In this document: positions 37,862-45,619 of the stretch, in pieces
Numbering within the stretch: the first letter of the stretch is position 1
Layout: the number at the start of each line of letters is the position of its first letter
Made by a program: the position numbers and the translations under genes
The notes under the pieces: generated by a model
The model's input: the letters and a program-made list of their open reading frames with translations, nothing else
What the model was told of the DNA's origin: nothing
The model's database searches: none
Assembly (NCBI GenBank): GCA_963744625.1
Contig: CAVUUK010000007.1
Span: 310,338-374,337, forward strand
Length of the DNA: 64,000 bases
Reading direction: 5' to 3'
Origin: an uncultured Acidobacteriaceae bacterium
GTDB taxonomy: Bacteria; Acidobacteriota; Terriglobia; Terriglobales; Acidobacteriaceae

Positions 37862-39040
37862 ATGAAGCGGCAAACATGCAATGTCGAACATGAAGCATCG
37901 AGCATGATCTGTCGAACGATGAGAAGCGTCGCATTCGTTTTGACCACGGTCGTGCTATTCGCCGTCGTGAGTCGTTCGGACGCGTGGACGCAAACGGCGC
38001 GCTGGCCTGAGCAGAAGGCGAACGCATGGTACGCGCAACAGCCCTGGCTGGTGGGAAGCAATTACGTTCCGAAATCGGCGATCAATCAACTCGAGATGTG
38101 GCAGCAAGCGACCTTCGATCCAGCTGAGATTGACAAGGAGTTCGGCTGGGCGGAAGCGATGGGGATGAACACGATGCGGGTTTTTCTCCACGACTTGCTG
38201 TGGGAACAGGATGCGTCGGGGTTCGAGAAGCGGATCGATCAGTTTCTGACGATCGCAGCGCGCCATCATATACGTCCCATGTTTGTGCTTTTCGATTCCT
38301 GCTGGGACCCGTTGCCGCATCTCGGCCCGCAGCACCCGCCGATTCCGGGCATACACAATTCCGGGTGGGTGCAGAGTCCGGGGGCGGCTGCGCTTGCAGA
38401 CCCTGCGCAATACCCGCGACTGAAGGCATATGTAATCGGTGTGGTTGGCGCATTTGCGAATGACGATCGAATTCTGGCGTGGGATGTGTGGAACGAGCCC
38501 GGGGCGGATACTACCGGAACGTACGGAAAAGAGGAACTGAAAGACAAGTATGCGCGAGTACGGGTGCTTTTGCCGCAGGTGTTCGAGTGGGCGCGGGCGG
38601 CGAATCCGAAACAGCCGCTGACCGGCGGAATCTGGACGGAGACGCCGGGCGATGGGACTAGTCTGGATGATTTACAGCAGATCGAACTGCGCGAATCCGA
38701 CATCATTACGTTTCACAATTACGCATGGCCCGAGGTGTTCGAACGTGAGGTCGAATGGCTGCGGAGGGAGCATCGTCCGATCATCTGCACCGAATACATG
38801 GCGCGCTCGATAGGCAGCACCTTTGACACGATCTTGCCGATTGCCAAGCGCGAGCACGTAGGGGCGATCAACTGGGGATTCGTCGCCGGCAAGACGCAAA
38901 CCTATCTGCCGTGGGATTCGTGGCAGCATCCTTACATACAAGACGAGCCGCCGGTATGGTTCCATGATGTACTCCGAGCGGACGGGACGCCGTATCGCCC
39001 GGCGGAGGTGGAGTTGATCCGGCGGCTTACGGGGAAGTAA
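37862..39040 (+). CDS. secreted clan GH-A glycoside hydrolase (GH5-like)
   Basis: GMNTMRVFLHDLLW, ILAWDVWNEPG (NE acid/base) and IICTEYMAR (candidate nucleophile). The start is uncertain (37862, or a later ATG before the hydrophobic segment SVAFVLTTVVLFAVV). Confidence 0.65.
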   Translation: MKRQTCNVEHEASSMICRTMRSVAFVLTTVVLFAVVSRSDAWTQTARWPEQKANAWYAQQPWLVGSNYVPKSAINQLEMWQQATFDPAEIDKEFGWAEAMGMNTMRVFLHDLLWEQDASGFEKRIDQFLTIAARHHIRPMFVLFDSCWDPLPHLGPQHPPIPGIHNSGWVQSPGAAALADPAQYPRLKAYVIGVVGAFANDDRILAWDVWNEPGADTTGTYGKEELKDKYARVRVLLPQVFEWARAANPKQPLTGGIWTETPGDGTSLDDLQQIELRESDIITFHNYAWPEVFEREVEWLRREHRPIICTEYMARSIGSTFDTILPIAKREHVGAINWGFVAGKTQTYLPWDSWQHPYIQDEPPVWFHDVLRADGTPYRPAEVELIRRLTGK

Positions 39041-39173
39041 GCACGGTGAAGTTTGGAGCGTTGCTTGCTCCGCTCGGAACGATACCCAGCGGTCGAAAGC
39101 GAAAAAACAGAAGCGCGGTTTATCTGCTTGTGTCCGTTCCGAGACATAGGTGACAGAACGTACAGGAAGATTT

Positions 39174-39248
39174 TGGTGGGCGCTGTAGGATTTGAACCTA
39201 CGACTTCCACCGTGTGAGGATGGCACTCTACCGCTGAGTTAAGCGCCC
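39174..39248 (-). tRNA. tRNA-Val (anticodon CAC)
   Basis: Reverse complement GGGCGCTTAACTCAGCGGTAGAGTGCCATCCTCACACGGTGGAAGTCGTAGGTTCAAATCCTACAGCGCCCACCA folds as a cloverleaf: 7-bp acceptor, 4-bp D stem, 5-bp anticodon stem, loop CTCACAC, T-loop TTCAAAT. The CCA is encoded. Confidence 0.95.
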
Positions 39249-39357
39249 ACTATTTGCGGTTTCGTCATTGTAACAAATCGTCCTTGCCCTTCCGGTACCC
39301 TCCCCGCCTCTTGACCGCCCCGCGCCGCTGCCGGTAGCCTCTTTTCATTGCCCCGCC

Positions 39358-40230
39358 ATGGCTCTCTCCGACATCCCCGATTCGCAGCCCGTAACCGACT
39401 CAGGGATAGGCACTTCTCCGCCCATGTCCGCGCACCGCGACACGCAACTTTCTCCTCCAAACGGGGTTCCTACTCATGTGAGCAGCGTGGCCCTTGATCG
39501 CGGAATGCTCGATGGCCGAGTGTTGACCGGCGCGACGCTCGATGGCGGAGGCGCCGACACCGCCATCCTCGATCGTAGCCTGCTTCGTTTCGCCGGCGTG
39601 CCAACTTCGTCCGTCGCTTCCATGGCAAATTCCATCGCCGCCACTGATGCCGCCCTTTCCGACGTCGACCTGATGCTTCGCGTCAAAACCGGCGACGAGT
39701 CCGCCTTCGGATGCCTGGTGCAGAAATATCGCCGCCCGCTCGTCGGCTTTATGTACCGTTTGTGCCACAATCCGTCAACCGCCGAGGAGCTCGCGCAGGA
39801 AACCTTTCTCCGCGTCTACCGCTCGCGCACCACCTACGAGCCCAGCGCCAAATTCACCACTTGGTTGTATCGCATCGCCACCAACCTCGCCGTGAACCAC
39901 GCCCGCGACACGCGCCACGAACGGCCCGAAAATACCCTGCGCCTCGATGAGCCCGACCAGGAAACCGGTTCGACTCCCGACTTGGCCGATGAGTCGCTTA
40001 CCGCCGAAGAACAGATTCTCAAGCGCGAGCGCCTGGCCGCCATTCGCGCTCGGGTAAACGCGTTGCCCGAGCGCCAGCGCGTCGCCGTTATCATGCACAA
40101 GTACCAGCAAATGGATTACCGCGAGATCGCTGGCGTGCTCAAGCTCAGTGAATCCGCCACCAAGTCATTGCTGTTTCGCGCCTACGAAACATTGCGCGAG
40201 CAACTCAAAGAGTTTGTTTCGGGAAAATAG
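39358..40230 (+). CDS. ECF-type RNA polymerase sigma-70 family factor
   Basis: LMLRVKTGDESAFGCLVQKYRRPLVGFMYRL...AEELAQETFLRVY (region 2) and RQRVAVIMHKYQQMDYREIAGVLKLSESATKSLLFRA (region 4). The conserved core starts near ATG 39622. The 88 codons upstream are not family-like. Confidence 0.85.
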   Translation: MALSDIPDSQPVTDSGIGTSPPMSAHRDTQLSPPNGVPTHVSSVALDRGMLDGRVLTGATLDGGGADTAILDRSLLRFAGVPTSSVASMANSIAATDAALSDVDLMLRVKTGDESAFGCLVQKYRRPLVGFMYRLCHNPSTAEELAQETFLRVYRSRTTYEPSAKFTTWLYRIATNLAVNHARDTRHERPENTLRLDEPDQETGSTPDLADESLTAEEQILKRERLAAIRARVNALPERQRVAVIMHKYQQMDYREIAGVLKLSESATKSLLFRAYETLREQLKEFVSGK

Positions 40231-40292
40231 TTTGGGGATAGAGTGAGTTGTAAATAGCTGGAAAAAAGAAATTAAAAAAAGAAGGAAGCTGT

Positions 40293-40793
40293 ATGAATTG
40301 CAACCAAATTCACGAAATCTTGCCGGACCTGGCCGCTGGCATGCACGTTTCGACGCCGGAGGTCCAGAAACATCTAGCATCCTGCAACGATTGTGCCGCT
40401 CGTCTGCAGGATTTTCAGAAAACCATGGCGCTGCTCGACGAATGGCAAGCGCCCGAGCCATCGCCGTATTTCGATACCCGCATGCAGGCGCGCCTCCGCG
40501 AAGAAATGGCGCACCCGCACCCCACCTGGCTCGGCTGGCTGCTCCGTCCCGCGTGGGCTCTCTCTCTCGCCGCCCTGCTTTTAGCCGGAGCGCTCGGTCT
40601 CGCCATTGAAAAATCGTCGTACTTCGCTCAGCCCGAAACCATCGCGACCAAACCTTCCTCGCCTGGGTTGCCGGTGCAGCCCGGGACCGCCGTCGGCGAT
40701 CTGCAGGCGCTCGACCGGAACGACGATCTGTATGCCGATTTCGACGTGCTCGACCAATTACAGGTGCAGGACGACGTGACCGCGAATCCGTAA
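40293..40793 (+). CDS. zinc-binding anti-sigma factor (zf-HC2 / ZAS type), single-pass membrane
   Basis: MNCNQIHEILPDLAAG...HLASCNDCAARL contains HxxxCxxC. One hydrophobic helix (WALSLAALLLAGALGLAI). It lies immediately downstream of the ECF sigma gene. Confidence 0.75.
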   Translation: MNCNQIHEILPDLAAGMHVSTPEVQKHLASCNDCAARLQDFQKTMALLDEWQAPEPSPYFDTRMQARLREEMAHPHPTWLGWLLRPAWALSLAALLLAGALGLAIEKSSYFAQPETIATKPSSPGLPVQPGTAVGDLQALDRNDDLYADFDVLDQLQVQDDVTANP

Positions 40794-40910
40794 GATTCGG
40801 TTTCGTGCCGAGACGCGCCCGCCTGGGTCTCGCGATACTACAAGTCGATACGAAAAGTAAAAAGATGAATACGTGCTCGCAGCTTAGCCGAGCAGAATGA
40901 GGGAGAAGGG

Positions 40911-41504
40911 ATGTCGGGCCTGGGAAAATTTGCACGCTGTCTGGCAGTGCCGCTGCTGCTGGCTCCGTCCTTTGCCCAGGTTCGGCGGTCGCCCCCACCT
41001 GCTCCAGAAGCCGATGGGCAGTGGCACCACTTTCAAAAGGAAGGTCATCCGAACCAGGCACGCCCTCCACAAAATCAGCCTGGCCACGCCGGAGACTGGC
41101 TCCGCCGCTACAAAGATCTGCCGCCCGCTCAACAGCGACGCGCCCTCGAAAACGATCCTCAGTTCCGGCGCCTTCCGCCCCAACAGCAAGCCCGCTTGCG
41201 GAAAAGGCTGCAGCATTTTTCCAGCTTGCCTCCCGCGCAACAGGAGCGCGTGCTCAGCCGCATGGAAACCTGGGAGCATCTCACTCCCGATCAAAAGCAG
41301 AATGCACGCCAGCTCTTTCAGCAGTTCCGGCAGTTGCCTCCCGACCGCCGACAGGTCATCAACCGCGCCATCCGCGGCATGCGCGACCTGACCCCCGAAC
41401 AACGTGACCAGCTCATTGACTCCGGCGAATACCGGAACGCATTCTCGCCGCAGGAACTCAACATCCTCCGCCGAGCCGCGCATCTCCCGCTGGCCCCCGA
41501 ATGA
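40911..41504 (+). CDS. DUF3106 domain protein, secreted
   Basis: Signal-like N-terminus and repeated LPPxQQ / QRxxL motifs (LPPAQQRRALENDPQFRRLPPQQQARLRKRLQHFSSLPPAQQERVL...LTPDQKQNARQLF...LPPDRR), typical of DUF3106. Confidence 0.7.
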   Translation: MSGLGKFARCLAVPLLLAPSFAQVRRSPPPAPEADGQWHHFQKEGHPNQARPPQNQPGHAGDWLRRYKDLPPAQQRRALENDPQFRRLPPQQQARLRKRLQHFSSLPPAQQERVLSRMETWEHLTPDQKQNARQLFQQFRQLPPDRRQVINRAIRGMRDLTPEQRDQLIDSGEYRNAFSPQELNILRRAAHLPLAPE

Positions 41505-41593
41505 CGAATGGCAATAACCGGCGTCCGAAGAATTGATCGAGCGAGAGACGAAGCGAGAGGAGTTGAAACGAATCGAAGGTTGAGACTAAGAAC

Positions 41594-43632
41594 TAACCCA
41601 ACTTTCGCAGTTGCGGACATTTTTCGGCTTTTTTGTGATGATCTTCGTGCTTAAGTCTTGCGTTTTCATCGTTGGCATTTGAAAAAACGGCAGAGTGAAG
41701 ACCAAGTACCTTCCTTTGGGGACGGAGATCTGGCACTCTGCGGTTGTCATGTTTCTGCGCAGCATCCACCGCAAAAAAGACGGCAAGGATCATCGCTACT
41801 TCAGCATCGTAGAAAACCATCGCCTCGCTTCCAACAAGACGGTGCAGCGAACCGTTGTCTATCTCGGCGAGATCAACGACGAACAGCAAGCGGCCTGGCG
41901 CAAGACGCTGTCGGTGTTCGATGAAGAGCAGCAAGAGTATGCCAACCTGAGTTTGTTTCCTGACGACCGCGAGATTCCCGTCGATGCCGTCGACAGTCTG
42001 CAGGTGAAAGTGAGCGGCCTCGAACTGCGGCGGCCTCGCGTTTTCGGGAGTTGCTGGTTGGCGTGCGAGTTGTGGCGGCAACTGGGCCTGCATGAGTTTT
42101 GGGACGCTCGCCTGGCGGGATCGCGAGAAGACGTGGCTTGGGAAAAAGTGTTGCAACTGCTGGTGGTGAATCGACTGCTGGATCCAGGCAGCGAGTTTCG
42201 CGTGCATCGGCAGTGGTATCTGAGCACGGCCATGGATGTACTGCTGGGAACGGATTTTGCTGTGGCCGAGAAGGATCGCTTGTATCGCTGTCTGGACCGG
42301 GTGCTGGAACATAAGCAGGAACTGTTTCTGTGGCTGCGCCAGAAGTGGGCCGATCTGTTTCACGCGGAATTCGAAGTGCTTCTCTACGACCTGACGAGCA
42401 CGTACTTTGAAGGCGCGATGGAAGAGAACCCCAAGGCCAAGTACGGTCACAGTCGCGATCAACGGACGGACTGTTTACAGGTGGTGATTGCCTTGGTGAT
42501 CACCACGGATGGTTTCCCGCTGGCCTACGAAGTGATGGATGGCAATACCAGTGATCGCGCCACGCTCCGCGGTTTTCTGGACAAGATCGAGAAGACTTAT
42601 GGAAAAGCAAAACGGATGTGGGTGATGGACCGCGGCATTCCGAGCGAAGAGATTTTGCGGGAGATGCGGGATCCGGCACGCGAAATCTTCTATCTGGTCG
42701 GAACTCCGAAAGGCAAGATTCAACAGTACGAAAAGAAGTGGCTGGATCTGCCCTGGCAGAAGGTGCGAGAGTCGGTGGAGGTGAAACTGTTTGAGCAGGA
42801 AGGCGAACTCTATGTGTTGGCCAAGAGTGCAGGAAGACAAGCCAAAGAGACGGCCATGCGCCGCAAGCGTCTGGCCCGCTTATTCAGAAAGCTGCGGGCC
42901 ATGCGCCGAAGCCTTCCTTCCCGCGACCAGTTGCTGATGCGCTTGGGTGCCGCGAAATCGGCAGCGGGCCGCGCTTTTCAGTTCGTGCACGTGCAAGTGC
43001 CCGGGGAAGACCAGGAGGTAACGCGGGAGACATTCCAGTTTCATGGGGACAAGAAAAAGCTCCAAGAAGCGGAATGGCGTGACGGACACTACTTGCTGCG
43101 CTCCAACCTGACCGCTGGAGATCCCAGCGTGCTGTGGGCGCGCTACGTGCAGCTGACGCAGATCGAATCGGTTTTTCGATCGCTCAAGAGCGACCTCGCC
43201 ATACGCCCCATCTACCATCAATTGGAACATCGCGCCGACGCGCACATTCTGATCGCCTTTCTCGCCTACTGCTTGCAGATCACCCTCAAGCATCGCCTAC
43301 TGCCGCACGCTCCGGGGTTGACGCCTACGGCGGTGCTCGAGAAGTTGGCAGAAATCCAAATGATCGACGTCTGGATTCCGACCGTCGATCAACGGTGGTT
43401 GATTCTGCCGCGCTACACCCAACCTTCCTCCGACACCAAGCTGCTCATCGAGAAGCTGCGACTGGAGTTGCCGAGCCAGCCGCCACCGCGCCTCACTGCG
43501 CAAAAAGAGAGTAACGAAATCGAGGTCGAGATCGCCCGTTAGTTGGCGCGTTTGTGGTGAAGACCTTTCGATAGCCTCAACTGATTCCAAAGCACTTAAC
43601 CGGCCCAGAAGTGCCCAACTGCGAAAGATCGG
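41594..43632 (+). mobile_element. IS1634-family insertion sequence (about 2.04 kb)
   Basis: Single transposase ORF flanked by imperfect terminal inverted repeats: 41597-41620 CCCAACTTTCGCAGTTGCGGACAT versus the reverse complement of 43609-43632, CCGATCTTTCGCAGTTGGGCACTT (19/24). CTAAGAAC is present on both outer flanks (41586-41593 and 43633-43640). Exact ends are uncertain by a few nt. Confidence 0.7.
41749..43542 (+). CDS. IS1634 family (IS4-like DDE) transposase
   Basis: MFLRSIHRKKDGKDHRYFSIVENHRLASNKTVQRTVVYLGEIND is the characteristic IS1634-type N-terminus. The size (~597 aa) is typical. An upstream start at 41695 is possible. Confidence 0.85.
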   Translation: MFLRSIHRKKDGKDHRYFSIVENHRLASNKTVQRTVVYLGEINDEQQAAWRKTLSVFDEEQQEYANLSLFPDDREIPVDAVDSLQVKVSGLELRRPRVFGSCWLACELWRQLGLHEFWDARLAGSREDVAWEKVLQLLVVNRLLDPGSEFRVHRQWYLSTAMDVLLGTDFAVAEKDRLYRCLDRVLEHKQELFLWLRQKWADLFHAEFEVLLYDLTSTYFEGAMEENPKAKYGHSRDQRTDCLQVVIALVITTDGFPLAYEVMDGNTSDRATLRGFLDKIEKTYGKAKRMWVMDRGIPSEEILREMRDPAREIFYLVGTPKGKIQQYEKKWLDLPWQKVRESVEVKLFEQEGELYVLAKSAGRQAKETAMRRKRLARLFRKLRAMRRSLPSRDQLLMRLGAAKSAAGRAFQFVHVQVPGEDQEVTRETFQFHGDKKKLQEAEWRDGHYLLRSNLTAGDPSVLWARYVQLTQIESVFRSLKSDLAIRPIYHQLEHRADAHILIAFLAYCLQITLKHRLLPHAPGLTPTAVLEKLAEIQMIDVWIPTVDQRWLILPRYTQPSSDTKLLIEKLRLELPSQPPPRLTAQKESNEIEVEIAR

Positions 43633-43676
43633 CTAAGAACGGGGAACGGGGAACCGGGAACTAAGAACAGAATCCC
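43633..43676 (-). repeat. GTTC/GAAC short-repeat element abutting a stop codon (copy B)
   Basis: Minus-strand reading after the TAG stop: GGGATTCTGTTCTTAGTTCCCGGTTCCCCGTTCCCCGTTCTTAG. It shares GGAACCGGGAACT (43650-43662) exactly with 54901-54913. Confidence 0.75.
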
Positions 43677-43859
43677 CTACCGCCGTATCAGCGCCATCAG
43701 CCATCCCGCCACAAACACGCCCCCGACGAACATCACGAAGCAGTAGAGGCCATACTTCATTTGCTCAATCGTCGAACTGCGCTGCGTGATCCCGAAGACA
43801 ATCGATGCGAATACCGCGAATACTACGGCAGCCGTGAAATGTGACAATGTGATGGTCAC
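43677..43859 (-). CDS. small hydrophobic protein (about 60 aa, two predicted TM segments)
   Basis: The GTG start overlaps the upstream TGA stop (GTGA at 43856-43859). Translation is (M)TITLSHFTAAVVFAVFASIVFGITQRSSTIEQMKYGLYCFVMFVGGVFVAGWLMALIRR. The longer ORF-track frame to 44189 is Gly/Arg-rich and conflicts with the better ORF at 43856-44284. Confidence 0.5.
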   Translation of the reverse strand: MTITLSHFTAAVVFAVFASIVFGITQRSSTIEQMKYGLYCFVMFVGGVFVAGWLMALIRR

Positions 43860-44284
43860 GGTTTTTTCCCCAGCGCAATGTGATGAGCATCCGCCGCCGC
43901 AATGAAGTTCAGTAGCCCGGCGACAATCAAGAACGTCTTGCCATAATCCGCCGCGGCATTCGCCGCCATCACGTTGCCCCAATCCATGATCCGAGCCAGA
44001 AAATAGAGCACGCCCGAACCCACGTCCCCGACGAATCCGAGAATGTCGAGAATATCTCCGCCATTCGGCTGATAAATCCGCCCCTGCATTCCCAGCCCAA
44101 TCAGGAACATCGCTACCACCGACACCAGCAGCAGAATGCCCCGCCCATATCGCTTCAGCAGAATGTGTCCGCCGCCCGGAATCAGCCAACCCACAATCGG
44201 CGCCACCACCGACATCCTCGTCAGCGGATACTCCGGCTCAGCCGCCGCTGCATTTTTAGATTTATCTGTATTTGGCTTGGCCAT
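43856..44284 (-). CDS. predicted integral membrane protein, family not recognised
   Basis: 142 aa with 3-4 hydrophobic segments (VVAPIVGWLIPGGGHILL, ILLLVSVVAMFLIGLGM, FLIVAGLLNFIAAA). Its ATG directly abuts the pepP-like stop (TGAATG). Confidence 0.65.
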   Translation of the reverse strand: MAKPNTDKSKNAAAAEPEYPLTRMSVVAPIVGWLIPGGGHILLKRYGRGILLLVSVVAMFLIGLGMQGRIYQPNGGDILDILGFVGDVGSGVLYFLARIMDWGNVMAANAAADYGKTFLIVAGLLNFIAAADAHHIALGKKP

Positions 44285-45454
44285 TCAGCAAGTCACGATC
44301 TCTCGTTGGATTTTACCCGTCACTTCGGCGCTTCCCGGCCGCACCAGTACGTCCACTTCCAGGCGCACGCCGAACTCGGGCAGGTAAATTCCCGGCTCAA
44401 CGGAAAATAAAGAGTTTGGCAATATCCGCCGCTCGTCATGGATCTCCAGATCATCCATGTTCGCACCGTTTGCGTGCACCTCGGTGCTGATCGAATGTCC
44501 AGTGCGATGGATAAAATAATCGCCGTATTTCGCCTTCTTGATGTGCCCCCGCACCGCCTGATCCACTTCCCATCCCGCAATCGGCTTGCCCGCTGCCACG
44601 CTCTCCTGCACCGTCTTCACCCCAAGATCCCGAGCTTCGCTCACAATCCTGAAAATCTCGCGCTGCCGGTCCGTCGGCGAACCGACCACTCCCACCCATG
44701 TAATGTCGTAGTAAACTGCGCTCGGCGTCTTCTTCTTCGCCCAAACATCCAGTAGAACAAAATCCCCTTCGCGAATTGCCACCGGATGGCTCGCGCTCGG
44801 CTCGTAGTGCGGATTGCCGCTGTTCGCATTCACCGCCACAATTGGCGGATCGTCCGTCACCATGTTCTCCCGCGCGAACGATTCCATGAAGAACTGCTGT
44901 ATCTCGTGCTCGTGCGTACCCCCGTTGCGCACCCGCTGCCCAATTTCCTTGAACGCCTCGCCCGTCACCGCATCAATCACATCGCGCGCCGCAAAATGCG
45001 ACTTGATCTGTTCCTCGGTCAGCGTCGCCTCAAACTGCGCAATCAGATCGGCCGCGCTAACAATATTCTTCCCCAGACCCCGGACCATATCCGCTGTCCC
45101 CGCATCCACCATCGAAATCGTGAACACGAAATTGTTAGGGGAATACTGCATCGCCACATCGCGATGCGCCGCCAGCATCTGCTTCAGCCCGTCAAACAAT
45201 TCCTGCCATCCCGCATACTGCTTCTTTACCCCAGGCAGCGTATCCAGGTGCCCAGCCTCAATCTTGTGAACCAATTTGACGGGATCGCCCTTCGCCGGAA
45301 TCAGGTAATACCACCGCCGCGTCACCATCAGCCCGTCCGGCAACCCCAGAACGCGGTAAGAAATGGGATCGCGATGGTGATGGTCGTAGAAAAGCCAGGC
45401 GTCAATATTGCGCTCGCGCAAGGCGTGCTGAATCGCGGACAGGTCCATATCCAA
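44285..45454 (-). CDS. M24 family metallopeptidase (Xaa-Pro aminopeptidase / prolidase type)
   Basis: 389 aa. The C-terminal pita-bread domain has metal-ligand motifs DVWAKK...DITW, HRTGHSI, SVEPGIY and LEVDVLV. Confidence 0.85.
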   Translation of the reverse strand: MDMDLSAIQHALRERNIDAWLFYDHHHRDPISYRVLGLPDGLMVTRRWYYLIPAKGDPVKLVHKIEAGHLDTLPGVKKQYAGWQELFDGLKQMLAAHRDVAMQYSPNNFVFTISMVDAGTADMVRGLGKNIVSAADLIAQFEATLTEEQIKSHFAARDVIDAVTGEAFKEIGQRVRNGGTHEHEIQQFFMESFARENMVTDDPPIVAVNANSGNPHYEPSASHPVAIREGDFVLLDVWAKKKTPSAVYYDITWVGVVGSPTDRQREIFRIVSEARDLGVKTVQESVAAGKPIAGWEVDQAVRGHIKKAKYGDYFIHRTGHSISTEVHANGANMDDLEIHDERRILPNSLFSVEPGIYLPEFGVRLEVDVLVRPGSAEVTGKIQREIVTC

Positions 45455-45619
45455 ACGGTTATTCTACACGACCACCCCTCGCAATTTCCGGGGACACCGC
45501 CGTCACTGACCTCCGTCGCCCCTTTGTGGTAGAAAATACTGTCACGCCACGTAAGAGCGAATGAACGTTCCGGGCAGTCTGAAACCGCGAAAATCCGCCG
45601 TGCCAAAATCGGGTGTACC

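Noticed and set aside
38672-39226. 184-aa and 92-aa ORFs on the minus strand overlapping 39174-39248
   Set aside because: They overlap a perfectly folding tRNA-Val and the 3' end of the GH5-like gene. There is no protein-family signal.
40165-41070. 301-aa ORF on the minus strand
   Set aside because: Antisense to the ZAS anti-sigma and DUF3106 genes, which have clear motifs. The translation is Arg/Pro/Ala-rich.
41586-41593. CTAAGAAC as a bona fide 8-bp target-site duplication of the IS
   Set aside because: The same octamer recurs at 43661 and 46726 as part of the GAAC-repeat family, and the left copy is 3 nt away from the inverted-repeat start. The flank identity may reflect the repetitive target rather than duplication. 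It is kept only as a possibility.
41593-42462. 289-aa ORF on the minus strand inside the IS
   Set aside because: Antisense to the IS1634-type transposase, which has a recognisable N-terminus and full length. IS1634 elements encode a single transposase.
43677-44189. 170-aa ORF as a single gene
   Set aside because: Its first ~110 aa are Gly/Arg/Ala-rich and overlap, out of frame, a well-behaved 142-aa membrane-protein ORF. Only its last 60 codons look like a real (hydrophobic) protein, and they have their own GTG start coupled to the upstream stop.
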